NCBI GenBank assembly: GCA_027064065.1
Contig: JAMOQJ010000012.1
Location: 19 to 64,018 of the forward strand
DNA: 64,000 nucleotides
Source of the DNA: Desulfurellales bacterium
GTDB taxonomy: Bacteria; Campylobacterota_A; Desulfurellia; Desulfurellales; Hippeaceae
Reading direction: 5' to 3'
Part shown: one piece after another, positions 26,171 through 37,446 of the stretch
Layout of the letters: every line of letters starts with the position of its first letter
How positions within the stretch are numbered: the stretch's first letter is position 1
Program-made: the position numbers and the translations under genes
Notes under the pieces: generated by a model
Databases searched by the model: none
What the model saw: the letters and a program-made list of their open reading frames with translations, nothing else
Told to the model about the DNA's origin: nothing

Positions 26171-27904
26171 CTATATATCACCTGAAAACTGTATGTCGCA
26201 TAATTTTTTATAGTATGAGCATCGCTCTATTAACTCTTCATGTTTTCCAAAATCGACTATAGAGCCTTTTTTTATTACTACTATAATATCTGCTGACATT
26301 GCTGTAGCAATTCTATGGGCAGCCATAAATACAGTTCTGTCTTTCATTAGATTGGACAGAGCTTTTTGAACAATATGTTCCGATTCAGAATCGAGTGCAC
26401 TTGTTGCTTCGTCAAGTATAAGAATATCGGGATTTTTTACGATTGCCCTTGCTATTGCAATACGCTGTTTTTCGCCACCTGAAAGTATAACACCCTGTTC
26501 TTGAAGATTTGTATCGTATCCGTTTTTTAGTTTTATAATAAAATCATGTGCGTATGCCGCTTTTGCAGCTTCTATTATATTTTCTTCATTAAGATTGTCT
26601 TTTCCGTAAGCAATATTTTCTTTTACCGTCCTATTGAATAGCATAACGCGCTGTGAAACTATAGCTATCTTTTTTCTTAAGCTTTTTAGGTCGAATTCTT
26701 TTATGTTTACACCATCTATTAGTATTTCTCCGGCGTCAGGGTCATAGTACCTTGGTATAAGTTCAAGTAGTGTGGATTTTCCACCACCGCTTTCTCCTAC
26801 AAATGCAACGATGCTTTTTGCTTTTACATCAAGGTTGATATCTTTTAAAGCGTAATCCTGAGTTTCTGGGTATTTGAAATATATGTTATGAAATTTAAGC
26901 TCTTTTTGTATGCCTTTAAATTCTTTTTTGCCAGATTTCTTTTCTTCTGTATCTTTATCTATTATCTCAAAGATTCTTTCTATAGACGCTATGGATGTAT
27001 TGATTTCGTTATTTGCTTTTGCCAAAACCTTAAATGGTTTATACATCATAAATAAAGCAGTAATAAACGAGAAAAAGCCACCTACGGTGATTTCACCTTT
27101 AAAAACCAAAAATCCACCAATCCATATAAGCGCTGCAATACCCAAAGAGCCGATAAATTCCATAAGCGGGCTTGTTGCTTCATCTATTTTTATGGTATCT
27201 AATTTAATATTCAAAAACTCGTCGCTTTTTTCTTCAAAGGCTTTTGCTTCTTGTTTTTCGGTAGCAAAGGCTTTAACCAATCTAATATTTATCAATGTTT
27301 CCTGTATAATAGTTGTTAATTCGGCGATGGATATCTGTCTTTTTTTTCCAAGTTTTTTCATTTTTTTACCAAAAATTACAACAGGGTATACAGCAATAGG
27401 GAATACAATTGTTGCCACTATTGCAAGTTTCCAGTTGTTTATATAAAGAACACTCAATAGACCAAGTATGGTGAAAAATTCTCTTATGGTGTTAGGTATT
27501 ACGTTTGCAATACTGTTTTGCACCTGTTGCGTATCGTTCAGTATCCTTGACATCAATTCTCCACTGTGAAATTTGTCAAAGAATTTTGTAGGTAGATAAA
27601 GCAAATGTCCAAACAATTGATTTCTTATATTAAACAGTATCTTTTCTGATATATAGTGTGTTTGATATCCTTGCAGATACGTAAATAAACCTTTGAAAAA
27701 ATAGGTAGCCATGATGGCTATAGGAAGAATAATTAGCATCTGCTTGTTTTTTGAAATAAATATGTCGTCTAAAGCAGGTTTAATTAAATATGCAGCAACT
27801 GCCGATAATCCACCGACGGCAATCATACATATGAATGCAAATATCAATCTTCCTAAATATGGTCTTAGGTATTGCAATAGCCTTTTTAGTATTGTTTTAT
27901 TCAT
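26171..27904 (-). CDS. msbA: lipid A export ABC transporter (permease/ATPase fusion)
   Basis: Six-TM domain followed by GESGGGKST, LSGGEKQRIAIARA and ILDEATSALD motifs. The start overlaps the lpxK stop. Confidence 0.85.
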   Translation of the reverse strand: MNKTILKRLLQYLRPYLGRLIFAFICMIAVGGLSAVAAYLIKPALDDIFISKNKQMLIILPIAIMATYFFKGLFTYLQGYQTHYISEKILFNIRNQLFGHLLYLPTKFFDKFHSGELMSRILNDTQQVQNSIANVIPNTIREFFTILGLLSVLYINNWKLAIVATIVFPIAVYPVVIFGKKMKKLGKKRQISIAELTTIIQETLINIRLVKAFATEKQEAKAFEEKSDEFLNIKLDTIKIDEATSPLMEFIGSLGIAALIWIGGFLVFKGEITVGGFFSFITALFMMYKPFKVLAKANNEINTSIASIERIFEIIDKDTEEKKSGKKEFKGIQKELKFHNIYFKYPETQDYALKDINLDVKAKSIVAFVGESGGGKSTLLELIPRYYDPDAGEILIDGVNIKEFDLKSLRKKIAIVSQRVMLFNRTVKENIAYGKDNLNEENIIEAAKAAYAHDFIIKLKNGYDTNLQEQGVILSGGEKQRIAIARAIVKNPDILILDEATSALDSESEHIVQKALSNLMKDRTVFMAAHRIATAMSADIIVVIKKGSIVDFGKHEELIERCSYYKKLCDIQFSGDI

Positions 27905-28878
27905 ATTAATTCACCAACTAACTGTTTAAAATTTTCAATTTCTAAGTCTATATCAAGATAGTATATATCTTCAGCATTTATCTTTACAAAGTCTTTGTGT
28001 GTAGTTAAAAGAATATCCGCTTTATTTAAATTTCTTAGTTTTCTTAATTCTTCTATATCTTTATTTTTATACCAATAGTGGTCTTTAAAGAATTTGTAAC
28101 CCTTAATTTCTATCCCGTATTCTTTTGCGCTCTTTAAAAACGATAATGGTTTTCCTATGCCGCAAAACAAAAAAGCCGAAGGCTTATGGTTTAACTGTTT
28201 ATGTTTATTGTCAAATATGCCGGTTGTTTTGATTTTTCCCTCTAAACAATTTATCTTTTTTTCTTTATATCCAGTTTTATCTATACAGATTACAACGTTG
28301 CATCTTTTTATCGAGCTTTTTGCATCTCTCAAGAATCCTGCTGGTAAATACAGATTGTCTTCAAAGGGGTTTTCTTTATCCACGACGCATATTTCAAAAT
28401 CTTTTTTTATATTTCTTTTATGAAGCGCATCGTCAAGTATAACGTATTTCATATTTAATCCAATAGCTAATTCTATAGCTGCTTTTCTGTCTTTTGAAGC
28501 TATTACGCTGGCTGTAGTTTTTTGGGCTATCATTAATGTTTCATCAGATACGCTTTTTTGTTTTTTGAATATATTGCCTTCTATGGAAACAACGTGAACC
28601 CTTTTGTCTTTTGATGGATAATTGCCTGTTATTACACACGTTTTGCCATATTGAGTTAGTGCTTGTGCAATTTTTATTACAATCGGTGTTTTGCCAACTC
28701 CTCCGACGGATATATTACCTACGCTAATAATTTTAACATTTTCGTATTGTTCTGATTTTAGCAGTTTGCTATCGTAGAGTAGATGTTTTGTATTAACAAC
28801 GGCTCCGTATGCTATAGATGGAATAATCAGAATCGGTTTGAGCGTTTTTTGAATTTTCTTTATTTTTTCAGTATCCAT
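27901..28878 (-). CDS. lpxK: tetraacyldisaccharide 4'-kinase
   Basis: GNISVGGVGKTP P-loop, typical size, lpx cluster context. Confidence 0.88.
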   Translation of the reverse strand: MDTEKIKKIQKTLKPILIIPSIAYGAVVNTKHLLYDSKLLKSEQYENVKIISVGNISVGGVGKTPIVIKIAQALTQYGKTCVITGNYPSKDKRVHVVSIEGNIFKKQKSVSDETLMIAQKTTASVIASKDRKAAIELAIGLNMKYVILDDALHKRNIKKDFEICVVDKENPFEDNLYLPAGFLRDAKSSIKRCNVVICIDKTGYKEKKINCLEGKIKTTGIFDNKHKQLNHKPSAFLFCGIGKPLSFLKSAKEYGIEIKGYKFFKDHYWYKNKDIEELRKLRNLNKADILLTTHKDFVKINAEDIYYLDIDLEIENFKQLVGELI

Positions 28879-29452
28879 TTAGAGTAGCCTCTATGAGTTC
28901 TTCTTTTTCTGCAAACTCTTTTTTTGATTCAACATATATAGGATTTAAAAATATAAATGTAAGTTTTGAGAATGGCTTTGGTATAATCATTCTGTCCCAG
29001 CTATTTACTCTCCACTCGTTACTTGGTACGCAGACGACAGGAACTATAGGGCTTTTTGTTAAATAGGCAAGCTCAACAACTCCCTTTTTTAATTTTCTTC
29101 TTGGACCTTTTGGGCCATCGGGTGTAATACCTACATCTTCTTTATTTTTAATCGTTTTTATCATCTCGAAAATAGCTTTTACTGGCTCTCTGTTACTTGA
29201 GCCGCCTATTGTATTTAGGCCAAAATATCTTATGACATCGCTTGCCAATTTACCATCTCTGTGTGTGCTGATGAGTATGTTAATCTTGCTTTTTCTCTTT
29301 GGTTTTGCAAAAGAGAGAAATAGTATTGTCTCATGCCAGAAAGCAAATATAACAGGTTTATCCATATTTTCAATATCAAACAGTTTTTTTATTTCTATCC
29401 GTATGAAAAGTCTGTAAAGTTTAATAATTAAATAAACGATAAATGCTTTCAT
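28868..29452 (-). CDS. DUF374 lysophospholipid-acyltransferase-like protein
   Basis: FAFWHE and ITPDGPKGPRRK motifs, inside the lipid A cluster. Confidence 0.7.
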   Translation of the reverse strand: MKAFIVYLIIKLYRLFIRIEIKKLFDIENMDKPVIFAFWHETILFLSFAKPKRKSKINILISTHRDGKLASDVIRYFGLNTIGGSSNREPVKAIFEMIKTIKNKEDVGITPDGPKGPRRKLKKGVVELAYLTKSPIVPVVCVPSNEWRVNSWDRMIIPKPFSKLTFIFLNPIYVESKKEFAEKEELIEATLNGY

Positions 29453-30552
29453 GCAATTGAATAGATTTTTTTTGCTATTTTTTGGGTTACGGGATATTCG
29501 CCCAAAACAAACGATACGCTTTTCAGCTTATTTTGCATTTCTTTGTATAAAGATTGATTTCTATGCAGTCGAAAGAATTCATCCGCTATAGCTTGTGCGG
29601 TGGCTTTTTCTTCTATTAGCTCCTTTACTACTTCATCTCCGTATATAAGATTTGGTAAGGATATATATTTTATATTTTTGATTAACATTTTACCAATATA
29701 ATAGCTTGCTTTTGAAATACGATACGATACCACCATAGGAAGATTAAATAGTGTGGCTTCAAGGGTGGTTGTTCCGCTTTTTAATATACCGAAATAGGAT
29801 TTTTTCATAAATGCGTATGAATCTTGCTCTATTTGTATAAATTCATAACCTTTCAATTTGTCTTTTACGAAATCCATCTCTATATGTTTTGGTACAATCC
29901 ATATAAATTTAAAGTCATTAACGTTATTATTTATTATTTTTGCGGCTTCAAACATTGTTTTTGAGTTATAGTTTATCTCGCTTTTTCTTGAGCCTGGCAT
30001 AATAAGGATTATATCTTCTCTAACTTCTTCCTGCGTTGTTTGTTTTGTTAAAATATCTACTATTGGATGTCCAGCATAAAATATTTTATGTTGATTTGGT
30101 TTTTTGACGTTAAAGAATGTTTTCTCAAACGGAAGAATTGGAATGATTAAATCGCTATATTTAAACAGTGCATTAATTCTATATCTTCTCCATGCCCAAA
30201 GTTGTGGAGATATGTAGTAAACGACTTTTTTGCCAAGTTTTTTTGCAAACTTCATAATTTTCATATTGAATTCTGGAAAATCCATCAATATGACCATATC
30301 TATTTTATATTCTATTATGTTGGATTTTATGTTGTTTAAAAGTTTATAGGCTTTGTTTGCAATCGATAATGCTTCTTTTGCTCCTATTACAGATATGTCT
30401 TTAAAGTTGGCAACTTGTTTTGTTTTATCTTTTAATGTATCGGAGCATACGCTAAAAAAGTTTATAGATGAATCTATTTTGCTTAGCTCGTCTACAAGTA
30501 GCGATGCGTAATTTTCGGCTGAACGTTCACCTGTTACAATCAATAGATTCAT
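29449..30552 (-). CDS. lpxB: lipid-A-disaccharide synthase
   Basis: 367 aa with an LpxB pattern (GERSAE, ISPQLWAWR). The start overlaps the lpxA stop. Confidence 0.88.
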   Translation of the reverse strand: MNLLIVTGERSAENYASLLVDELSKIDSSINFFSVCSDTLKDKTKQVANFKDISVIGAKEALSIANKAYKLLNNIKSNIIEYKIDMVILMDFPEFNMKIMKFAKKLGKKVVYYISPQLWAWRRYRINALFKYSDLIIPILPFEKTFFNVKKPNQHKIFYAGHPIVDILTKQTTQEEVREDIILIMPGSRKSEINYNSKTMFEAAKIINNNVNDFKFIWIVPKHIEMDFVKDKLKGYEFIQIEQDSYAFMKKSYFGILKSGTTTLEATLFNLPMVVSYRISKASYYIGKMLIKNIKYISLPNLIYGDEVVKELIEEKATAQAIADEFFRLHRNQSLYKEMQNKLKSVSFVLGEYPVTQKIAKKIYSIA

Positions 30553-31325
30553 TTAGTTCTACAAAAGCCCCTTGATGAGTTTTTTAGGAATTCTATCATA
30601 TGTATAACGTTTTTTGATGAGCTTTCTTTTAATTTTTCGTATGCTTCCTTAAAGGTAAGATTGCTTCTAAATATGAGTTTGTATGCTTTTTTTAATTCGT
30701 TTATCTCTTCGTATGAGAAGTTTGCCCTTTTTAGTCCTACTGTATTTAAGCCGTTTAAAACGGCTCTATTGCCAACAGCTAAACAAAATGGAGCAACATC
30801 AAGTGAGACTGCGCTCATACCGCCAACCATTGCAAATTTACCTATATTTACAAATTGATGTATTGCGCTCATACCGCCTATGACTACGTTATCTTCGACA
30901 ACAATATGTCCTGCAAATTGAACCGAGTTTGCAACTATGATATTATTCCCGAGTATGCAATCGTGTGCAATATGCACATAAGCCATAATAAAATCGTTGT
31001 TTCCTATTTTTGTAACACTACCACCGCCTTTTGTCCCTCTGTTTATCATACAAAACTCTCTTATTGTTGTGTTATCTCCAATAATAAGTTCGCTAATTTC
31101 GCCCTTAAATTTTAAATCCTGAGGAATTGTGCCCAAAACGGCAGAGGGGTAAATTTTACAGTTGCGTCCAATAGTCGTATATGAGTCTATATATACATTG
31201 GGAAAAATCTCTGTTCCGTCACCTATTTTTACATGTTTTTTTATGTTAACATAGGGCCCGATTTTTACATTTTCTCCCAACTCAACTTTATCATCTATGA
31301 TAGCTGTTGGGTGTATATTAACCAT
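30549..31325 (-). CDS. lpxA: UDP-N-acetylglucosamine O-acyltransferase
   Basis: Left-handed beta-helix hexapeptide repeats with the LpxA C-terminal helical domain. 258 aa. Confidence 0.9.
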   Translation of the reverse strand: MVNIHPTAIIDDKVELGENVKIGPYVNIKKHVKIGDGTEIFPNVYIDSYTTIGRNCKIYPSAVLGTIPQDLKFKGEISELIIGDNTTIREFCMINRGTKGGGSVTKIGNNDFIMAYVHIAHDCILGNNIIVANSVQFAGHIVVEDNVVIGGMSAIHQFVNIGKFAMVGGMSAVSLDVAPFCLAVGNRAVLNGLNTVGLKRANFSYEEINELKKAYKLIFRSNLTFKEAYEKLKESSSKNVIHMIEFLKNSSRGFCRTK

Positions 31326-31337
31326 TATCTTCTCCTA

Positions 31338-31781
31338 TTAATCAAGTTTTGCCATCATTATAGCCTCGGCAGCAAGTTGTCCGTCTACGAAACACTTACC
31401 TTCCATCTTCCAAACTTGAAGTTTGCGTTTTAAAATCTCTATATGCATCTCAAGTCTGTCTCCGGGTATAATGGGTTTTCTAAATTTTGCCTTATCTATT
31501 TGCATAAAGTATACATTTCTTGTTTCGTTTGTTGCGTTGTTATCTATAGATAGAAATGAAAGAATGCCGCCGCTTTGAGCCATAGCTTCTATAACCAGCA
31601 CACCCGGCATAACATGTTGATGTGGAAAATGCCCTACAAAAAAGGGCTCGTTAATAGTAACATTTTTTATCGTTTTAATCCACTTGTCCTTTTCGTATTC
31701 TAACACCCTATCCACGAGCAAGAAAGGATATCTATGAGGAAGAATCTTTTTTATCTCTTCAATCCCTATCATTATTTTCAA
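31338..31781 (-). CDS. fabZ: 3-hydroxyacyl-ACP dehydratase
   Basis: [11 protein letters not shown] and FFVGHFP motifs. Confidence 0.93.
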   Translation of the reverse strand: MKIMIGIEEIKKILPHRYPFLLVDRVLEYEKDKWIKTIKNVTINEPFFVGHFPHQHVMPGVLVIEAMAQSGGILSFLSIDNNATNETRNVYFMQIDKAKFRKPIIPGDRLEMHIEILKRKLQVWKMEGKCFVDGQLAAEAIMMAKLD

Positions 31782-32796
31782 GCTCCTCTATCTTTTTTTC
31801 TAACTCTTTAAGTTTTTTATACATATCGCTAAGCTTAGGTGTAACGGCGCTGCTTCTTAACCATTTTTTATGCTCGTATATAGGTATTCCGCTATATACG
31901 CCTGCTTTTTTTATACTTGAACCAACTCCAGATTTAGCCGTTATGATGACTCCGTCTGCAATTTCAAGGTGGCCGGCTATGCCTGTTTGCCCAGCAAGTA
32001 TAACATTGTTGCCGATTTTTGAAGAACCTGATATGCCTGTTTGGGCAACAACAATTGTGTTTTCTCCTATTACAACATTGTGAGCTATTTGGACAAGGTT
32101 GTCTATCTTTGCACCTTTTTTGATTATTGTACTATCCAAGGCGGCTCTATCTATAGATACGTTTGAACCTATTTCAACGTCATCTTCAATAACAACATTG
32201 CCTATCTGTGGTATTTTTATATGTTTATTATCTTTGGTATGGGCATATCCGAAGCCGTCGCTACCTATTACACTTCCCGAATGTATTATGACATTATTGC
32301 CTATAAAACAATTTTCTCGTATTGTTACTGATGGGTATATGATGCAGTTCTTTCCTATTTTCGTATCTTTTCCGATATACACAAACGGCATTATGATACT
32401 GTTTTCGCCTATCTCTACATTTTCTTCTATAAACACAAAGTCTTCAATAGTGCATGTTTTGTCTACTGTTGCGCTTTTATCTATGGTTGCTTTATCGCTT
32501 ATTTTTGGTTCTCTTTTTGCGTTGTCAAAAAGAGTTTTTACAACTTTAGCAAAACAAAAATAGGCATCATCACAAATGATGAATGCCTTATCTGGATATT
32601 GCTTTATATCTATGCTTTTATCCACGATAATGCAAGCGGCATCAGTTGATGATAAAAATTTCTCATACTTTTTGTTGGAAAGGAAGGTTAGTTGATGTTT
32701 TTGCGCCTTTTCTATGGAACTTATACCGGTTATTTCAATATCTTCACTACCGTGGTATTGCGCATTCAACAGTTGAGCTATGTCTTTTGCTTTCAC
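31759..32796 (-). CDS. lpxD: UDP-3-O-acylglucosamine N-acyltransferase
   Basis: 345 aa with hexapeptide repeats and a C-terminal coiled coil, upstream of fabZ-lpxA. Confidence 0.9.
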   Translation of the reverse strand: MKAKDIAQLLNAQYHGSEDIEITGISSIEKAQKHQLTFLSNKKYEKFLSSTDAACIIVDKSIDIKQYPDKAFIICDDAYFCFAKVVKTLFDNAKREPKISDKATIDKSATVDKTCTIEDFVFIEENVEIGENSIIMPFVYIGKDTKIGKNCIIYPSVTIRENCFIGNNVIIHSGSVIGSDGFGYAHTKDNKHIKIPQIGNVVIEDDVEIGSNVSIDRAALDSTIIKKGAKIDNLVQIAHNVVIGENTIVVAQTGISGSSKIGNNVILAGQTGIAGHLEIADGVIITAKSGVGSSIKKAGVYSGIPIYEHKKWLRSSAVTPKLSDMYKKLKELEKKIEELENNDRD

Positions 32797-32808
32797 TTTC
32801 CAGCTCTC

Positions 32809-33327
32809 TTATTTTTTAGATTTTAGGTATTGTGCATCATACATTTTTATTATACTTTGAGTTATATCAAGCGCGTCATTCCAATAAATAAGACCTTGAT
32901 GTGTTTCAAATACAGCATCTATTTTATGGGCTGTGGCGTATTTTTTTATAACTTCTATCAAATCATTGATAACCTTAGTAGACAATTCCCTTTCTTTGGT
33001 TCTTACTTCATCTGCAGCGTCTGCTTTATATCTTTCCAATTCTTTTGCTTTTTCTTGATATGATAAAGCTTTTTTGTCTTTTAATTTTTTGCTTAGTTTA
33101 CTATTTCTTAATTCACGTGCAAGTTGTTGTAATCTATTAACCTTTCTGTCTATTACAACCTTTTTTGCTTCTACAAGCTTTTCTATTTCTTTTTTTGCTT
33201 TTTTACCTGCAATGCAGTTATGCATAGCTTTTTCCAAATCTACAACCGCTATAGTTTTTGCAGATACTACTGAACTAAATGAAACCAAAAGAACAATACT
33301 AAATAGAGCAATAAACAATCTTTTCAT
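32809..33327 (-). CDS. OmpH/Skp periplasmic chaperone
   Basis: Signal peptide followed by a long charged coiled coil. The position between bamA and lpxD is conserved. Confidence 0.85.
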   Translation of the reverse strand: MKRLFIALFSIVLLVSFSSVVSAKTIAVVDLEKAMHNCIAGKKAKKEIEKLVEAKKVVIDRKVNRLQQLARELRNSKLSKKLKDKKALSYQEKAKELERYKADAADEVRTKERELSTKVINDLIEVIKKYATAHKIDAVFETHQGLIYWNDALDITQSIIKMYDAQYLKSKK

Positions 33328-33350
33328 TAAAATACCTCCAATTTAATTTT

Positions 33351-35609
33351 TTAAAATAAAGCTCCTACAGAAAATTGTATGACTGTGGAATTTTCATCAT
33401 TTTTTGGGTCAAGATTTTTTCCTACTTCTATCCTAATCGGTCCTATGGGAGAAATCCATCTTATTCCCAACCCTGCATCGCTTCTTAAGTCCGAGAATTC
33501 ATATTTATCAAGCCAGCAGTTTCCTATATCGTAAAATCCTACTCCGTATAAATTTAATTGGCTCAATAAAGGAAATATGAGCTCGGCTGCCGATTGAAAT
33601 TCTCTATTTCCACCTATGTAGTTACCTTCTTTGTCTTGAGGTGCAAGCTTATCTGTTTTAAATCCTCTCATTGAATCTATGCCGCCCAAAAAGAATCTTC
33701 TGTCTATAGGAACATCTCGTCCGCTTATGCCTTTTGCGTATCCTATTTCAGCTTTTATGTGTCCTATTAAATCGAGCGGCAACTGATGGAAATATTCTCC
33801 AAATAATACTGCTTTAACATATTTTCTATCGCCGCCAACACCGGCAACCCTAAGTGTTTGTGTTACATTTACTCCTTTTGTCGGAAAGACATTGCTATCC
33901 AATGTATTGTATGCTACAAACGGCTCAAGAGAGCTTTCTGTATATTTTCCTTCTTGCTGTTTTAGATAATATCCCGGATTGTCTGTTTCAAGTGTTATAT
34001 CGTTGAAGGTTAAAGAATATTTTGAACCTACAGACAAGTCATCATCCCAGAATCTTCTTGCTAAGGTTACCGTAAAACCGGTTGTTTTTTGGTCGTAGTC
34101 ATAACTTTCGTATTTCTGATGAACTATATCCAGCCCTAAGGATATCGGCTTGTTATATAGCCAATCGTCCACAAGATGCAAGTCAAAAAGAGATGTCTTT
34201 GAGCTAAATTCGGCAGATAGTTTTCCGTGGATACCTGTTCCAAATAAATTCCTTTCGGATACCGAAGCTTTAACACCGACTTTGTCATATGAGCCGTAAC
34301 CTATTCCGAATGTTAGCATACCTGTTGGCTTTTCTTTTATGATAACCTTTGCATTAACTTTATTGTTTGCTACTCTGCTTGTTGTTATTTTTACGCTATC
34401 GAAGAAATCCAATTTCATAAGTTTTGCTTTGGAGCGGTTAATCTTTTTTAGCGAATATAGATCGCCTTCTTTAAATTTTAATTCTCTTCTTATTACATCA
34501 TCATGCGTTTTGTTGTTTCCTACTATCTCAATTCTGTTAATAAAAACCTTTGGACCTTTATCTATGGTTATTGTAAGATTTGCGTATCCGTTCTTTTTTT
34601 CTATATTTGGATTGATATCGGCAAAAGCATAACCAATGTTTGCATACATATCGGTAATTTTATCTATATCTTTTCTTAAAACTACTATGTTAAATGGTTT
34701 GTTTATCTTTAAATTCATTGCTTTTAAGATTTTTTCCTTTTTAAACGGGTATGTGTTGATTAATTTAATTGATTTTAACACATACTGCTTTCCTTCTTTT
34801 AAAGAAAAATCTATGTGTATAGCTCCTGTATCTGGTTCCACTGTTACTATGGGCTCTTTGAGTGTTATGTCAATGTAGCCTTTGGATAGGTATACATCCC
34901 TAATTTTTTGAGCATCATTGTCCAATTCATTTATTCTTAGTTTACCGCTATAAAACCACGGAAGCCACGTTAGTATATAGGGACCCTTTTTTACATGGTT
35001 TTTTAGATTATCTTTTAATTTGTCTTCATCTACATGTTTATTTCCTATGATATTTATCTCTCTTACGGTCGTTTCTTTGCTTTCTTTTATGTCGAATTCT
35101 ATATCAACTCTATTTTTGTTTGTAGGTTTTATTTTATATGTAACTCGGGTTAAAAACATACCTTTTGATGCATACATCCCCATTATTTGGTTTATTGTTT
35201 GGTTTATTAAATCTTTGTTTAATATATTATAACCTTTTATTTTGAGTGCTTTTTGTAGTTTTTTATCTGACAATTCCTCATTACCTACAAATGTTATAAA
35301 TCTTACAGACGGCTTTTCTTTTACTGTGTATGTGAGAATTAAGCCGTTTTGTTCGTCTATTGATGCCTGGACAGTTTTATAAAAGCCCAATTTGTAAATG
35401 TTTTTTATGTCGTCATCTACGGTTTTTAGATTAAAATCCTTGCCTGGTTTTGAATTTATAACGCTTAATACCGTAGCTTTATCCGTTCTCATAGTTCCTT
35501 CTATGTTTACTGACGTTATTGTTTTAGCAAGCCCGGTATATGATAAAAGGGTTAAAAACAGAATAGCCGTAAGTAATATAATCGCTACAAGACTAATTAT
35601 TCTTTTCAC
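33351..35609 (-). CDS. bamA: outer membrane protein assembly factor BamA
   Basis: 752 aa with POTRA repeats, a C-terminal beta-barrel and a terminal aromatic (…VGALF). Confidence 0.9.
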   Translation of the reverse strand: MKRIISLVAIILLTAILFLTLLSYTGLAKTITSVNIEGTMRTDKATVLSVINSKPGKDFNLKTVDDDIKNIYKLGFYKTVQASIDEQNGLILTYTVKEKPSVRFITFVGNEELSDKKLQKALKIKGYNILNKDLINQTINQIMGMYASKGMFLTRVTYKIKPTNKNRVDIEFDIKESKETTVREINIIGNKHVDEDKLKDNLKNHVKKGPYILTWLPWFYSGKLRINELDNDAQKIRDVYLSKGYIDITLKEPIVTVEPDTGAIHIDFSLKEGKQYVLKSIKLINTYPFKKEKILKAMNLKINKPFNIVVLRKDIDKITDMYANIGYAFADINPNIEKKNGYANLTITIDKGPKVFINRIEIVGNNKTHDDVIRRELKFKEGDLYSLKKINRSKAKLMKLDFFDSVKITTSRVANNKVNAKVIIKEKPTGMLTFGIGYGSYDKVGVKASVSERNLFGTGIHGKLSAEFSSKTSLFDLHLVDDWLYNKPISLGLDIVHQKYESYDYDQKTTGFTVTLARRFWDDDLSVGSKYSLTFNDITLETDNPGYYLKQQEGKYTESSLEPFVAYNTLDSNVFPTKGVNVTQTLRVAGVGGDRKYVKAVLFGEYFHQLPLDLIGHIKAEIGYAKGISGRDVPIDRRFFLGGIDSMRGFKTDKLAPQDKEGNYIGGNREFQSAAELIFPLLSQLNLYGVGFYDIGNCWLDKYEFSDLRSDAGLGIRWISPIGPIRIEVGKNLDPKNDENSTVIQFSVGALF

Positions 35610-36267
35610 TAATCGTTCCTCCGTTTATAATAAACACTCTATCGCACATTAACGCTATCTCTTCACTGTGTGTTGCTATGATAAACGCCTTTCGTTCTTC
35701 TAAGTTTATATTTCTCATAGTTGTAACTATATCTATTGAGCTTGTTTTGTCAAGATTGGCTGTTGGCTCATCGGCTATGACAAGGTCAGGATTGTTCATT
35801 AAAGCTCTTGCCAACGCTACTCTTTGCATTTCGCCACCGGATAGTTTATAAACCATTTTATATGCCATATCTCTTTCTATGCCCACACTATTTAAAAGCT
35901 GCATAGCCCTATCTTTTTTGTAAGATGAATTTTTTATTATCGAAGGAAGCATAACATTTTCTATGACGTTGAGTTCGCTTATTAAAGAGTAGAATTGAAA
36001 CACAAAACCTATATTTTCGTTGCGTATTTTTGCCAATAGTTTTTTATCTTTAAACTCTACTTTATTGTTCAAAAAGTATATATCTCCGCTGTCGGGTTTG
36101 TTTATTAAGCCCAAAATATGTAAAAGCGTGCTTTTTCCGCTTCCCGATACGCCCATTAAAGCTACCATTTCATTTTGCCTAACAGAAAAATTTATATCTT
36201 TTAAAACCTGTAATGTTTTGTTTCCGTTCTTAAAGGTTTTTGAAATATTTCTTGCTTCTATTATCAT
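35593..36267 (-). CDS. lolD: lipoprotein-releasing ABC transporter ATP-binding protein
   Basis: [23 protein letters not shown] and ADEPTANLD motifs, downstream of a LolC/E permease. Confidence 0.85.
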   Translation of the reverse strand: MIIEARNISKTFKNGNKTLQVLKDINFSVRQNEMVALMGVSGSGKSTLLHILGLINKPDSGDIYFLNNKVEFKDKKLLAKIRNENIGFVFQFYSLISELNVIENVMLPSIIKNSSYKKDRAMQLLNSVGIERDMAYKMVYKLSGGEMQRVALARALMNNPDLVIADEPTANLDKTSSIDIVTTMRNINLEERKAFIIATHSEEIALMCDRVFIINGGTISEKNN

Positions 36268-37445
36268 GACCTTAAAACCTCGACTATATCTATCTTAGAA
36301 GCTTTTTTTGATGGATATATGCTTGCTAATATTACAAGTATAAACGCAGAGACAGATATTACAGCAATGTATGTTGGATTGATATCGACGGGTATTGTGT
36401 TTATATAGTAGACATCTTTGGGAAGTTGTATGAACTGATATTTTTTTAACAGAAAACTTAAGGTTACACCCAGTATATCTCCTATCAAAACCCCGATTGA
36501 GCCTATAATGACAGCCTGTTTTATAAATATATTTTTTATATTTTTTTCTGTTGCACCAAAAGCCATCAATACGGCAACATCCTTAACCTTTTCCATAACT
36601 AACATAGTAAGAGAACTCGTTATATTGAATGCGGCTACTAAAATCACAAGCATCAAAATAATAAATAGTGCAAACTTTTCCAATTTGAGAGCACTGAAAA
36701 AATTACTATTTAGGTCAATCCAATTTGAGACATAAAAATTAAACCCTAACTGCTTAGAAAGTTTATTGGAAAAATCTTTAGCTTTGTATGGGTCGTTTAA
36801 AATTATGGCTATAGTATTAATTTTGTTTTTCATCTCGGTTTTATTCCATATATCCTTTATGGGTATGTAAATAAATGTTGTATCATAATCATACATACCG
36901 GATTTAAATATGCCTGTTACGGTTTCTTTGAATGATAACGGAGCAAATCCCATAGGCGTGGTTTTCCCAAACGGCAATATTATGCGTATCTTGTCTGTGG
37001 TTTTTAAACCTAAGATTTTCATCAGTTCGCTTCCGACAACAACGCCGTCTGTGTTGCCTATAATATAATGCTTTAATTCTCCGCTTTTATTTAAATCTAT
37101 GCCATTCAATACAGCTCCGCTTGAAAATTTGCCAGAACTAACAATACATTGCGTTGTGAGTAGTGGGTAAACATATTTTACTTCTTTGTTTGATTCTATA
37201 TTGTTTATCATAGACTTGTTATAATCAAAGACGCCCGAGAAGCTTTTAACAAATACATGAGGATTGACTCCCATTATCTTTCTTTCCAGTTCGTTATCAA
37301 ATCCATTCATTACGCCCATTACTACTATGAGCGCCGCAACACCCAATATAATGCCTATTATTGACATTAAAGAAGAAAATGAAATTAATTTATTTGATTT
37401 ATTAGACCTTATATATTTAATAGCCAAAAAAGACTCAAAATTCAC
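36264..37445 (-). CDS. lipoprotein-releasing system permease LolC/E family
   Basis: 393 aa with MacB-FtsX topology (TM1, large periplasmic domain, three C-terminal TMs). Confidence 0.85.
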   Translation of the reverse strand: MNFESFLAIKYIRSNKSNKLISFSSLMSIIGIILGVAALIVVMGVMNGFDNELERKIMGVNPHVFVKSFSGVFDYNKSMINNIESNKEVKYVYPLLTTQCIVSSGKFSSGAVLNGIDLNKSGELKHYIIGNTDGVVVGSELMKILGLKTTDKIRIILPFGKTTPMGFAPLSFKETVTGIFKSGMYDYDTTFIYIPIKDIWNKTEMKNKINTIAIILNDPYKAKDFSNKLSKQLGFNFYVSNWIDLNSNFFSALKLEKFALFIILMLVILVAAFNITSSLTMLVMEKVKDVAVLMAFGATEKNIKNIFIKQAVIIGSIGVLIGDILGVTLSFLLKKYQFIQLPKDVYYINTIPVDINPTYIAVISVSAFILVILASIYPSKKASKIDIVEVLRS

Positions 37446-37446
37446 T